From Octopus sinensis (Eukaryota): 64,000 nucleotides of DNA. Positions 13,027-26,520 of the stretch are shown piece by piece. The notes under the pieces are model-generated. The model was not told where the DNA came from and did no database searches. It was given only the letters and a program-made list of their open reading frames with translations. The number at the start of each line of letters is the position of its first letter. Within the stretch, counting starts at the first letter, position 1. The position numbers were made by a program, and so were the translations under genes. The stretch is taken from the NCBI RefSeq assembly GCF_006345805.1, contig NC_042998.1, positions 52,824,001 through 52,888,000 of the forward strand. The letters run 5' to 3'.

Positions 13027-14202
13027 CTCAAATACAGAAATGTCAAAAATGTTGGTTGTTAGGAAGATGATGAGAAGGGTAAATTAATAAATATAATCAA
13101 ATGAAATAAACTTTGGTTTCAAATTCTGACACAAGGCAAGCAATTTTGAGGGAAGGATAAGTAAATTATATTGACCCCAGTGCTCAACTGGTACTTATTT
13201 TATTAACCCCGAAAGGATGAAAGGCAAAGTTGACCTCAGTTGAATTTGAACTCAGAACGTAAAGACAGATGACATGCTTTCTAAGCATTTGGCCCAGCAG
13301 GCTAATGATTCTGCCAGTTTGCCATTTTATAAATAAGATAAATACTATTAAATATAAATAATTTCCTAATATTTTATTCTATATTATGAATTCATTGTGT
13401 AACAACAAAGACTGATTTCAAATGCAATTAAATATAAGTTGTATAAACACAATCCTTTGCTCTGAGAGACTGATTGCTGGCATTGCATGATATGAAATTA
13501 CAGGATTTAAAATTGTCTTTTGAAGGTGAAAAATGATATAAAAATATTTTAACTGTTATTGAGTAAACCTTTCATCCATTATCTATGATAGTGTTATTTT
13601 GGTTTTTAAGCTAAATATTACAAAAAAACAAAAAAACTGCACCTTTAAAACTCTGTTAGATTGGCAAGTAAAGTAGTTTAGGTTGACAATAAATCTTTCA
13701 TCTCCACTAGTATCAGAAAGATTATCTTTTAATGCCTGATTTCAAATTAAATTTTCTCACCATTTTTGTACCACCACTAAAAATCTGTTTGAACTCCCAC
13801 CACCACCACCACCACACATATATATTTCAAATTTAGAGAGAATAAAAGATGAAGAGACAGGTGTAGGAATAACAAGCAGATGTATTACTTTAACACTCGG
13901 GGAAAAATGGAAAAGTTTCTTATGTTTTGAACCTACCCTCTTCAACAGAAAGGATTAAGAGGAAAAAATGGAGAGAAAATGAAAATAAAAAAAAAAGAGA
14001 GAAAAAATGTGCAGAGTTCAATGGTTCAACATGTTAAGATGATTCATATATATATATATATCTACATACATACATATATAGACTGTGGCCAATATATATA
14101 TATATATATATATAGATAGATAGATATAGATATTTAGATAGATAGATATATAGATATATACATATATTCAAGAAAAAACAAATAGTAAAATAAGATTCTT
14201 AC

Positions 14203-16373
14203 CATACCAAAAAACCGTGAATTTGGGTTTTTACCAAAGTTTAAAGAAATGAAATTCCAGCTTTTTTCTGTGAGACTTTGGTCATACTCCCCTCTAGAGT
14301 TTAATATATACAATTTGATATCAATGACTCTGTCATCGTTCATATTTTGAGCAGAAGTAAGATCCAGGCATTTGGAGAATTCGGCATTGATAAAAGAGAT
14401 ATGACTGGAATTAAAAGGAGTCTTGAGAGCTTTTTCTAAGATTTGTGATATTTCTTGACAAAAGTCAGATTTGTTTTGGCAGAACTGGTACCAAGAGGTA
14501 GTTACACGAACTATGATGTATGATGGTATATGAGGTTTCCTTGTGGTGAATGGCACCAAAACTGTGCTTAAGATCAAAACTGGGATTTGTGTTGTTCCCA
14601 GTCTCTTTCCAGTTGATGTGAATGGAAATGTCGTTGTGTCTGGTAATGGAAGAGGCGGGGAAGTTGATGATGCAACAAATGTAGTTGTGGATTTAAAAGA
14701 GGTTGGTTTACTAGTAGTAGTTGTAGTAGTAGAAGTAGCAGTAGTAATAGTAGTAGTAGTTGTAACAGTAGTAGTTGAAGTTATTGCTTTTGCTACCGTG
14801 CTTACAGTTTTTGTAGCTTTAGCAGTGGCCTTAGCAGGAACAGAAGCTGTACCATGTGATGTATTAAAGTCAGTGGTACTAGAAGCAGAAGTAATAATTT
14901 TTCTAGTTGTAGGAGTTATTGCAGATGAAGTGGGAGTGAAAGTGGTAGTACTGGAGCCCTTAGTATATTTGGGCACACTGTTTGTTTTTGAAAGTATGCT
15001 AGACATTAGAATTGTTGTTGTGTAGGGTTTTGTTATTGAACTAACTGTTGATTTTGGGTGCGTAACAACACCCTTAGTAGTTTGTATTTTTGTTTTATTT
15101 GTCACTGAAGTATCAACCCTATTTGATGTCGGGCTAATACTTGTCATTGCTAATGAATCATGAGTCAAGTTACCTTTAAAATTATGGGTGGTTTTTATGT
15201 TTTTACTTGTGGTTGTTGGTTGGGGTTTTGGTGTAGGTTGAGTTTTTAAAAATGTAAAATGTGTAGAATGGAAGGATGGAATTGATGAAGACAAAAATGT
15301 GGAAACATGCTTAGGTTGATCTGAATTTTTGATTGGAAGGAAAGTTGATTGGAGTTTGGCGTTATGAGTCAACAATTTGCTAGGGATTCCTGCTATTGTT
15401 GTTTTGCTATAAGGAAATTTAGAGCTTTCTTTCTTTTTGTCTATTGTTGAAAATTTAGCCTTTGCTAATACACTTGATGGTAGTAGTTTAGAGTTTTTCA
15501 AATGGGTTGCCAAGCGGTCTTTGTCAGTATATACACTTCTACTAGTTTTATGAACATGAGTAGTATCTTGTTCAGATAAACAGTGCAAGCAGACTGTAGA
15601 TGAATGTACTAAAGGGGAAGTAACTGTTTTTAGTAACTTTTTGGTAGGAGATGACTTCTTAGAAACATTAATTACATTTTTAGCTGAAGGGGGAATATTT
15701 TGTGAAGTGTTTTCCCATGATGTTTTTGATATGTTTGATAATTTAGAAATTTTTGGCCGGAATTTGTTATTTTTAATGGACATCAATGTGGTGGGGATGT
15801 TTTGATTGCTACTGAGATGAGTTCCATTCACATGTGTATGTCTTGTTGGTTTTGTAAGTATAATATTAGTGTTTTCCTTCAATTGTTTATCTTTAGTTGT
15901 TTGCTGCTGGTAACTTGAAAAGTCTACAGTTTTTGTGCTAGAATTTTTCAATCTCGGTGGAACAGAATGCACTGTTGTATGGACATAATTAAAATCTTTT
16001 GAAACAGTTTGGTGTTGTGATTTTTCTTGTTTATCTTTCACTGTATCCTGGAGATGATGGTTTTTTACATAAGAAGATTGTGTTGTAGTTCCTGGATTTG
16101 TTTTGCTTGAATTAATATTGTTTGACCATTGACTAAATTTTTTAAATTGTGTCATATTAAGGCTGTTTGTTGTTTTTTTGGAATCGAGCTTGTGAGGCTT
16201 TAATGACACTGTATCTTTCATGAGTTGACCATTTCTGCTACCTTGTGAGAAAGGATAGTCTGTAGGATGACTTGGTATGGAGTTATTCCTTCGTTGGACA
16301 AGGAAGCCTAAGGATAGTGGCTTCACCATTGGCTCAGCAAATGTTTGACAAAATATTATTATCAAAAGGACAG
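14203..16373 (-). CDS. Large coding exon: end of signal peptide, Ser/Thr/Lys/Pro-rich mucin-like stalk, Cys-containing SEA-like module
   Basis: Lies within the 743-aa ORF 14134-16365. Acceptor ttttctttctttacag|CT GTC CTT; donor GGT ATG|GTAAGA. Long Thr/Ser runs and several NxS/T sequons (NNS, NMT, NGT, NKT, NKS, NSS). Ends in a globular-looking segment, IIVRVTTSWYQFCQNKSDFCQEISQIL...IDIKLYILNSRGEYD. Confidence 0.88.
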
Positions 16374-18807
16374 CTGTAAAGAAAGAAAATGAATAAGTAT
16401 AATTATATAAATTATGAATTATAACAAGTGATGGCAGTTATAACAAAATGTTTGTAACAATGAGGAAAATAAAAACCAAATGAAAATACAAATATTATGA
16501 TGTTATTTTACAGTATTGATAGAAACAAAATATAGTGCATCCAATTTTAGACATATGCCAGTCTCATAAACCATCTGATATATTGAAAATATAGTTTATT
16601 CTTAAAGCTTATTTAAGATCAAATGTCTAAGATGTGTTGATGTTTATAAGATTACAATTCTCTTAACACTTAACCTTGTTGCAGTCTATATTTACAATGC
16701 TTTTTTTATCTATAGTATGTTCAATTGGTTTGATCTCATTCCTGGATATATATACACAGTCTTGAACTAGATACAGACTAGGAAACTTTATCTATAAAAT
16801 GAAGGAAATAATTTTCTTGTATATTAGGTCACGGATACAAATATAATTTTAATAATTTGAAATATAATCTTAATTATGTATAATCTTTTCTATAATTTGT
16901 TATTTTCATGTCAGTTTTAATAGTAATTTGATGTCATGTTTTATAATTTCTTCTAAACTTCATCTTCATTTCAGAGACAAAACTACAAATGAAAATGCAA
17001 AATTATCACCGTAAATCTTTTCAAATCACAAGAGTCATACCAAAAAACATCATGTATGTATGTTCTTCAGAGTTAGTTTTATAAATGTGCTAAACATGCC
17101 TCATTTATTTGAATAGAAAATGATTGAATAGTGCCTGATGTATTTATTTCACTTGTAAATACTTTTAATTGTTGTTCTCCATTTTAGAAAGTAGGTAAAC
17201 CAAATTACCAATTCATACTTAGAATCTCAAGGGAATTTGAAGTATCAGCCTGGTAATGAATGTAATTGGAAGAAAATGTTTCATCTGACTTCTACTTAAC
17301 ACTTCTGAAAACATTGTTTGCCATGTTTACTCATGGTTTGGAATTAGTGAAAAATAAAAATATGTTGTTTCTATAAGTTGCTTTTGAGTGGAATGATTAG
17401 AAATGATGTAAAAAATTTTTATTATTGAGAATGTGAAAGGGAGATAAAATTTATGTAGGAAGACATGCCAAGAAAGAGATTGTTCAGCGTCAGAGACAAT
17501 TAAATATAGCTTTAAGAACCTTAAAGGGAAAAATATGACAAGAACAACAGAATTAACAAAAACGACAGGAAATATAATGGAAAGCTGTTATAAAGGCATA
17601 AAAATTTCAGAATGTTATTATTGTTAAATACTCCCAGTTGGCTCAGATTATATAATGCTCGAAATAGGAGAAACCTACGAAAATTTATTAAAAAATAATC
17701 TACCTACTGGCCATATGGTTTAGAAGTTCACTGGGCAATGATGTGTTTCTGGGTTCAATCTCACAGAACAGTGTCTTGGAGAAATGTTTCTATCATAGCC
17801 TTGGATCAACTAAAGTTTTGTGAGAGAAATTTGGTAGAAAGAAAATGGTCAAGTCTGCTAGATGAGGTGTAGCTGTACAAAGGTGTTAAATCTAATTTAT
17901 TACCTGGTTTAACACCACCACCTTAATTCATGGGTGCTGTTAGTGGAGTCTACTCTATTACAAGTAATCAGGTAAATTCTTTGTCCAAATGCTAATCTAT
18001 AAACCATGGTTTTATATTGTTTTGCTCCTCTACACTTGGAGGTTCTGTTAGATGACACATGGGTATTACCCTTTCTACTCTCACTAACCAATAACAACTT
18101 TATAAAATCTCAGTGAAATATTGGTTGGTTAGCATTAGCTAACTGGCAATAATTTAGCAAGGCCATTAAAGCATTTGGTAGAATGCCTCAGTGTTTATTT
18201 TGAATCTCTGCATTCTGAGTTCAAACACTTTTAAAGTCAACTTTACATTTCACCCTCTTTGGTGACTATTTTTAGAGGACATCTATGAAAAAGTTCCCTC
18301 GTTAGCTTAATGAAATAGTGGTAGCTTCATCTTTTAAAATTCTAAGTTCAAATCTTGTCAAGGCTGATTTTCCTTTTGCCTCTCTAGAGGTCAGTAAAAT
18401 ATGTAACATTGAAATAATGAAATCAATATTCAGCATGATTCAGAAATCTCTGGCGTCTAAATAATATATAAAATTTATATCTAACAGTTTTTTGTTTTTA
18501 TGTATTCTCAATACTATCTTTGCTATTTTCTTGTGAACAATTTTGGAATACTATTGAATCTTGGGAGGGGCATTATGCTGATAATATAAACACACACACT
18601 GGTTCAGTCCTTTGTTGTTATTATTAATTAATGGATTAGTTACTATGTTAATTAAGTTATCGATCAATCATTTTTTACTAGTTTTTCAAACTCACATGTT
18701 AAACACTTTGGTCAAACAGTTAATTGTTCAAATGTTCAGTATTGTTAGTGTTGTCGTTTCTTTTTTTGTCAAATAATTATTTCATTGCATTGTTGCAATC
18801 TTTTCAG

Positions 18808-18888
18808 TGACACGTCTCTCCACTTCCATTTCTTTTCAACTTATGTTCTAGCATTGGGATTCATCCGAGATCTGTCTGAGATGAGTAT
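18808..18888 (+). CDS. Candidate exon (DTSLHFHFFSTYVLALGFIRDLSEMS)
   Basis: tgcaatcttttcag| acceptor, only the phase-2 frame open, donors GTATGT (18885) or GTGAGT (18889). Lies inside intron 1 of the minus-strand gene. Confidence 0.3.
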
Positions 18889-19327
18889 GTGAGTGCGTGT
18901 ATGTCTGCATGTGTGTGTGTGTGTTTATACATAAGTGTGTGCATCCATATGTACATGTGTGTTTTTTAAATACTACGACATTTTTCTTATACATAAGATA
19001 GCAGTTTTGGTTTTCTCTTTGTTTTCTTCACAAATGCACACATTCATTCATATAATCTTTCTCTCTAAGACAGTTAAACCATCTTCTTTGTTTGATAAAT
19101 GTTGAATAAATTGATATCTATCTGTGTGTGAGCATGAGCATATGTATGCGTGCACATGTCCATGTATGTATGGGAGGGCATGTGTGTACAAGGGTGTGTG
19201 GCTATGTTTGTGTATATGTGTGAGTGTGTGTATGTGTCTCAGTGTGTCTTTATGTGTGTGTGTGTTTGTGTGTACGTGTGTACTTCTGTATGCATGTTTC
19301 CATGTGTGTATGTATGTATGCATACAT

Positions 19328-19359
<32 letters not shown>

Positions 19360-20533
19360 GCATGCGTGTGTTAGAAAATTGTCAAAAGATGAAAGAATAT
19401 TCATTATAGAAAAAATGGCATAATGCTAATCCTGGCATAAGTAGTTAAACAGTCTGGAATGTCCCAGGAAGTTAGCAGTATGAAGAGCAAGACTGTAGGC
19501 CAAGCTATCCTGAAATCCTTAATCCATGGTAGTCAACAGAGGGGACTAAGATAATGAATATGGTTCATGAAGACTGTGGCATGGAAATAAGAAGTGAAGG
19601 AAGGGTAGAGATAGAAAGGATGAGAGGGAAATGAGATGTATATTGAAGTTAACTCACCCCACTTAGAGAGACTTTTGAATTGTACTGTATAATCAACAAT
19701 GCCTATCTCTCAAAATTTGTAATGTTAGGTCATAACAGGTAAAGTGGATAAAGCATAAGAAATCCTAACAAGTTTTCTTACTAACAAATAAATTCCAAGA
19801 ATGAAGCGATATTATAGCATCGAAAACTTAGCAAAATCCAATTTGTGCTTTTCTTCAAAATCATAGAATGATGTATTCTTAACAAAACCAACAAAAACAT
19901 TCTTCTTTGCACCTTAAGATGGCATTTGATTCTATTACTTGCATTCCAATTATCTGAAACATACTCAACATATCATATGGAATGCCACCAGAAGATATCC
20001 TGCTAACCACTTTTCTCAATTTCAAGATAAAGTATTCGTTAAAGCTAAGAAATCATGGATCAGTGTCTAGTAAGAATCTCTGTTTTTATTTCTCTTCTCC
20101 TTCAGCTTTTACTTATGTAGCGTATCAGTGTTTCTACTTTGTGACAACTTTCTTACGTACTTGAACCACTCTATGCAGATGACATTTAAATCACATCCAC
20201 TCTCAAGACACCAGAATCAGCTGCATACAAATTCCAATCATACATAAAACAAGATGGAATTCTGGTCTCAAGATATTCCACTGATTACATTACAGCAAAT
20301 AAATCACAACACAACACTTCATGAACAGGACAACGAAACATGCTTTAATGATATTCAAATAATGACACTCCTAAGATACTAAAATACTAGGTAGGATATA
20401 AAATGACTTAATATTATTCATACAGCTCAGACTACAGAAAAACATGATCACTAACAGAATTTACGAAATATACATAAAACATAGCATTTATCTATAAATA
20501 TATCAAGTTCATCATAGACTAAATAAATCTTAC

Positions 20534-20567
20534 CTAATACCTCCATATCTCTCATACAAAATTCCAT
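20534..20567 (-). CDS. First coding exon of a secreted/membrane mucin-like protein (MEFCMRDMEVL, phase 1)
   Basis: Minus strand reads ATG GAA TTT TGT ATG AGA GAT ATG GAG GTA TTA G|GTAAGA, with an in-frame TGA just upstream and a strong donor. It joins the phase-1 acceptor at 16373 to give MEFCMRDMEVLAVLLIIIFCQTFA-EP, a signal-peptide-like sequence. Which of the three ATGs is used is unknown. Confidence 0.65.
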
Positions 20568-22794
20568 ATAAAATCAATCTCATAAAATATTCTTTTTTTT
20601 TAGTTTTCTTTCCGTTCTTCTTTCTTCTGTTATTTATTGGACTACAGTGGTGTTTGGGAAATGACCTCAAAGAGTTTAGTTGATTATGAACACCAGCACA
20701 GTTCTGTAGTTATTTTATCAATCTTGGAGGAAGACAACACATGAAATCAACTAGTTATAATTGGAAGCAGCCATAACTTAATACTACAAGGTATTTGTCA
20801 CATGAACTTCCTTTTGCTCTTAGATGCCTGCACAGACACACATACATAAATATTCATATGGCTGTGTAGTTAAGAAACTTGCTTTCAAACCATGTAGTCT
20901 TGGGTTCTGTCCCTCTGCACATCATTTTGGGCAAGTGTCATCTACTAGAACCTAGGCAAACCCAAGCCTGTGTGAGTGGATTTGCTAAATGGAAACAGAA
21001 AGAATTCCATCATATATGTATGTATATATCTACATGTGTGTCTTTTTGTGTTTGTCCCCCAGCCTCGGCTTTACAATCAGTATTGGTCAGTTTATGTTCT
21101 CGTAAATTAGCAGTTTGGCAAAAAGGAATCAATGTAATAAGTACCAAGTTTAAAGCCCAAATACTGAGGTCGATTTGTTAGACCTAAGCCCTTCAAAGTG
21201 ATGCCCCAGCATGGCCACAGTTTAATAACCAAAACATATAAAAGATTTTTTTTAAAAAGTCACAAACAAGCCATTAGCACTTTTACATACTTTACCAATA
21301 TTTTTTGATGTCTTAGCAACGCATAGATTTCATTGATTACTTATTATCAGGATTTTTTTTTCCTTGTTAAAGCACAAGGACATGGTAAGTTTAACATAGA
21401 TAACTTTCCTCTTCATTTAAAACTGCTTAATGTAAAATGTAACCTTTCTTTGCTGAGATGCATTGCAAATTTTTGAGACTTATGTTAAGAAAAAAAAACT
21501 AAGTAGTATCCTTGATACAAGGAAATATGGTACTAAGCAACAAAAACATGCAAGTTTCTGATTTTACTGGTGTTTTTATTCATTCCAGAATGATAGAAAT
21601 AATGTGTACTTTTATTCTTCATAGAGGTATGTATATGTTAACCATGTTAGAGAGAAATAAACAGAATCCCAACAGAAGATTAAGAAACCTGTTAATATCT
21701 TAGCAGTAATGGAAATTTTGCCAAGGAGTGGTGGTGTACATACTAAAGACGTAAAAAACCCTCAAAAAACAACAAAAAAAAAACATTGAAATTGTTCGGT
21801 TGCAGTGAAATATTCTTCATAATAAATGTTAAACTGAGCTGAACAAAATATTGCTATGGTTGCATTAGAGATATTTGTGAGAACAGTTCTGAGATCAAAT
21901 CTTGAAGAAGTAAAATCTGTTTTTCATACTTTAAAGTTTGATGAAATAATACCAGTCAGGTAATACAGTCACTTTAGTCAATTGTTGCCATGTTCCCAAA
22001 TGAGTGACCTTGTACTGATTTCAGAAATCAATATTTGAAAAATCTATGTAAAGTTTCCTTCTTTATTAAGAAAATGTATAGAAGCCCATCGGTAAAATGC
22101 TTTGATGTCACACACACACACACACACACACTGAAACACATGCATGGTTGTGTGATAAGAAGCTTGCTTCCAAACTATGTGCCACCTTGGGCAAATGTCT
22201 TCTACTATAGCCCATGGCCAACAAAATCTTTAGAGTGAATTTGGAAGATGGAAATTGAAAGAAACCTGTTGTGTACCTATATTTGTGTTTGTGTTTGTCT
22301 CCTACAGCTTGATAACTGGCTTGTTTATACGTCACTGTATGCATGTATTCTAGAAGCTCCAAGGAAGCTGTAAGCACTCAGCTCTGAGTGCACTGCATCT
22401 TAGAGAAGAAATAGCTGTAAGCTAATGAAGCTCGTGCACACACACACACACACGCACACACCATCATAGATGGATACAATTATATCAAGTCATGTCTGGT
22501 AAGTTCACCAACACCCAATTCATTGTTTTTTTTCTTTTTTCAGTGAAATAGTTTTTACCTGTTAATTGTGAGATACTATAGATATATTTTCTTAGTAAAC
22601 TTTTTTCATGGTGAACTTTCTTCATGGTAAATTAATGATGGTGAACTCTCCTACAATGAATTGATGGCAGTGTGCTTACCTGCAATCATATCAAATATCA
22701 TACAAACACAAATTCTAGATTTATAACCATTTTCTGCACCTCAACAGAATACCCCTATTGCCAATGATGACTGAGAAGAAGATAATATAATCTC

Positions 22795-22930
22795 ATGAAT
22801 CAAGAATTTTCCAAAGTTCAAATGCCAAGAATGAAAAGTACAAGCATTTTTCCTGGAGATAAAAGGGCAATCATGAATACATGTTTCTGTAAGTACCATC
22901 AATTGCCCTGTCTTAACTCCAACAACAAAG
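22795..22930 (+). CDS. Candidate ATG-initiated exon (MNQEFSKVQMPRMKSTSIFPGDKRAIMNTCFCKYHQLPCLNSNNK)
   Basis: 45 open codons ending at a consensus AAG|GTAAGG donor; in-frame stop just upstream of the ATG. Confidence 0.3.
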
Positions 22931-24837
22931 GTAAGGCTATCGTCCATGAACCGAGACACCAAATATAATAAGCAAAAACTGGAATTTTAGTCTGGTCTAA
23001 TTCAAATGTTATTTCTTCAAAAATACTCAGGAAGTAGAACACCAAAATAGTATTGAAATAGATAAATTGTATGTGAATATAATATGTGATAAAAATCTTT
23101 CCCTTAGAAAGCAGAGACATGGCCATGTGGTTAACCCTTTAAATGTGAAAGGCAGATATATCTGCCCCAAATTATATTTTATTATACCCCCTCTTCCCAG
23201 CTAAGAGCTTTTTGTCTTGCAAAGTACTTGGTGACCCTGTCAGTGCTAATGCTATGTAAAATGTATTGGTGCTGGTGCCACATAAAAAGCATCTAGTACA
23301 CTCTGTAAAGTGGGTGGTACTAGGAAGGGCATCCTACTGTAAAAACTGTACCAAAACAGAGAATGGAGACTGGTGCAGCTCCCAGCCTTACCAGCTCCTA
23401 TCAAACTCTCCAGCACATGTCAGCATGGAGATCAGATGTTAAATGATGATTAACTGTGGAAAGCAGCTTTACTCCATGGTTTTGGTGGGGAAAAAAAACC
23501 TTTCTTATGCTGCAAAAAGTGGAGACACCCCCGATGACACTTTTTACAAAGAATAATTTTTCAGATTTTCTTAATTTCTTCACATATTTTATCAAATATC
23601 TCTTTACAGAGCAAAAAAATCAAATACTTTTTGTAATGGATATGAAAACAGTACCAACAGGAGATACTGGAAAAGTATTGCAGAAGCAGAAAATATCAAT
23701 TCTATTTTATGATGGATAATTAACATCATTATAGGAATGACCAGGAAATTTAATTAGGCAGTCTAAAGGTCAAGAAGCTAGCTTTACAACTACATGGTTT
23801 CAAATTCAGTCCCACTGCACGGCATTTTGGTCAAGTATCTTTTTCTGTAGCCCCAGGTTGACTAGCATGGTGATTCTGAGTAACAACCATAGTAATAGTA
23901 AAATAATTAATATTTTCATTATGAGGGCCGAGATATGTTGTACATTGCTATACACGAGAAAGACCCACCCATAACAACCCAACTGAGATCCTAAAACCAA
24001 GATGCCATGTAAAAAGCATTGGTGTAGCTGCTGGTGCCACATAAAAAGAACTGGTGATGGTGCCATATAAAAAGCATCCAGCACACACTGTGGAGTGGTT
24101 GGCATTAGGAAGGGCATCCTGCTACAGAAAGCATGCCAAAACAGACCATGGAATGTGTTGTGGCCTCTGGCCTTGTCAGTTCCTGTCAAACCATCCAACC
24201 CATGCCAGCATGGAAAATAGATATTAAATGTGAATGATGATGATGATAGTAAAGGCGATGAGCTGGCAAAATTGGTAGCAAGCCAGACAAAATGCTGCCA
24301 AGCATGTCATCTGTCTTTGCATTCTGAGCTCAAATCTCACCCAAGTTGACTTTTCTTTTCATCTTTTCAGGGCCAATGAAATAAGAACCAGGCACTGGGG
24401 CTGGTGTAATCCAATAGCACTCGCTCCCTCCAAATTTTAGGCCTTGTGCCTATAGATGGAAGGATTATTATTAAGTTAGTGTTTGGAACATAAGGAAAAG
24501 TTTAAATTCAAAGATTAACTGCTTTAAATGCATAGTTTTTACCAGAGGAGCAGTAACAGTTTCAGTCAGTTTAGCATTAAAAGGTTTAAACCAATCTCAT
24601 CCGACTGCACTTTTAATATTTATCTCTAAATTAAGACTTAATATATAGCCAAAATTGCATTGAACTGCTTATGACCTGAAGAAAATAAAATTCTCAGAAT
24701 AAATACATTATATTCCAGGAAAAAAATGTATTTTAGAAATAAAACACAAGCCACAAGATTGTATCACTCACACAGTAAAGAAAATCATCTGCTGTGTAAG
24801 AATCTGTGTGTACAATGTGTTTGTGTGTATAGTGGGC

Positions 24838-24873
<36 letters not shown>

Positions 24874-25614
24874 ATAAATATATATATATATGTATGTATA
24901 TATATATGTGAAGGCACATGGCTCAGTGGTTAGAGTATATATATATATATAGTGTGTATGTGTATATATAAGGTGGGCATGTAAATATATATATATATAT
25001 ATTGTGTGTATGTGTATATATAATATGCATGTATGTACACACACACACACACATATATATAAGATACACACACACATGTATGTTTATAGATATATTATTC
25101 CTACCCTTATTTCGTACTACAGTACAGTTATCATCAGTTTACTTGATGGTAGAGGTGCTTTTTTCTGCATGGCATCTAATTTTTACTCTACATTTAATAT
25201 GACACAGCTCTATACCCCATATGCCAATGCAATTACTGTACAACTGCAGTGTCAATCTAATTCAATTTACATTTCTGCACTCAAAGCTGAAAATCATTTT
25301 TATCAGATCATTATAAGATATGAAAGAAAAAAATAAAATCGAAATATGCAAAAAATCTTTTTAATTTTAGATTTTTATGGCAAGCACCGGGGAACCAATA
25401 ACAAAATATAACACTACATAATAATAATAATAATAATATATGCAACCTTCCTCACTCTCTGCTCCCCACTCCCCATGACATCAGTGCTTTCAATTGCATA
25501 ACACCTCATCTGTTAATGTCTTCAAATGCAAAACCTTGTTGTCCCTTGATGTCTCTGGTTAAGACTAAGGTGCAACTCATATAAATTAAACCAAAGCATA
25601 TGATAATAACAATA

Positions 25615-26336
25615 ATGGTTTCAAATTTTGCCACAAGGGCAGCAATTTTGAGAGAAGGGATGTGTTGATTACATCGACGCCAGTGTTCAACTGATACTTA
25701 TTTTATTGACCCTGAAAAGATGAAAGGCAAAGTTGACCTTGGTAGAATTTGAACTCAGAATGTAGTGACAAACGAAATACCGATAAGCATTTTGTCCAGC
25801 AATGCTAACAAATCTGCCACCTCATCACCTTAATAATAATAATCATTTCTACTACAGGTACAAGGCCTGAATTTTCTTGTGGGAAGAGGGCTCCTCAATT
25901 ATATCAACCCTAGTGCTTGATTGGTGTTTGATTTATTGACTCTAAAAGGGTGAAAGGCAAAGTTCACTTCTGTGGCATTTGAACTCAGAACATAGAGGTA
26001 GATGATATGCCACTAAGTATTTTGCCTGGCATACTAACAATTCAGCAAGCTCACTGCCTTAACAATTGTAGTAATAGTAGTAGTAGTAGTAGTAGTGATA
26101 ATGATAATGGTTTCAAATTTTGGCAAAGGGCCAGCAATTTCGAGAGAGGGGTCTAGTCAATTACATCTGTTCCAGTGTTCAATTTTATTAACTCTGAAAG
26201 GATGAAAAGCAAAGTTGACCTTGGCAGAATTTGAACTCAGAACGTAGCGATGGGTGAAATACCACTTAACATATTGCCTTGCACAATAATGATATTGCCA
26301 CCTTGCCACATTTTAATAATAATAATAATAATAATG

Positions 26337-26376
<40 letters not shown>

Positions 26377-26520
26377 TAATCCTTTATTGATCTCGAAAGG
26401 ATGAAAGGCAAAGTCGATAGTAATTCTTTCTAGGTCTGAAATGCTGGGGGAGAGGATTAGCCAATTATATCATTCCCAGTACTTTCATAGATCCCGAAAG
26501 AATGAAAGACAAAGTCTAAT
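25615..26520 (-). mobile_element. Head-to-tail cluster of family B SINEs separated by (AAT)n/(AGT)n
   Basis: Three near-complete copies (about 25617-25822, 25850-26061, 26108-26325) plus two fragments. Confidence 0.8.

Noticed and set aside
14543-15025. 160-aa Val-rich plus-strand ORF
   Set aside because: Antisense shadow of the Thr-rich minus-strand exon (ACN codons read as Val/Ser on the other strand).
16975-17251. Two tiny phase-2/2 plus-strand exon candidates (DKTTNENAKLS, ISREFEVSA)
   Set aside because: 30-36 nt with mediocre donors; phase agreement could be chance in AT-rich DNA.
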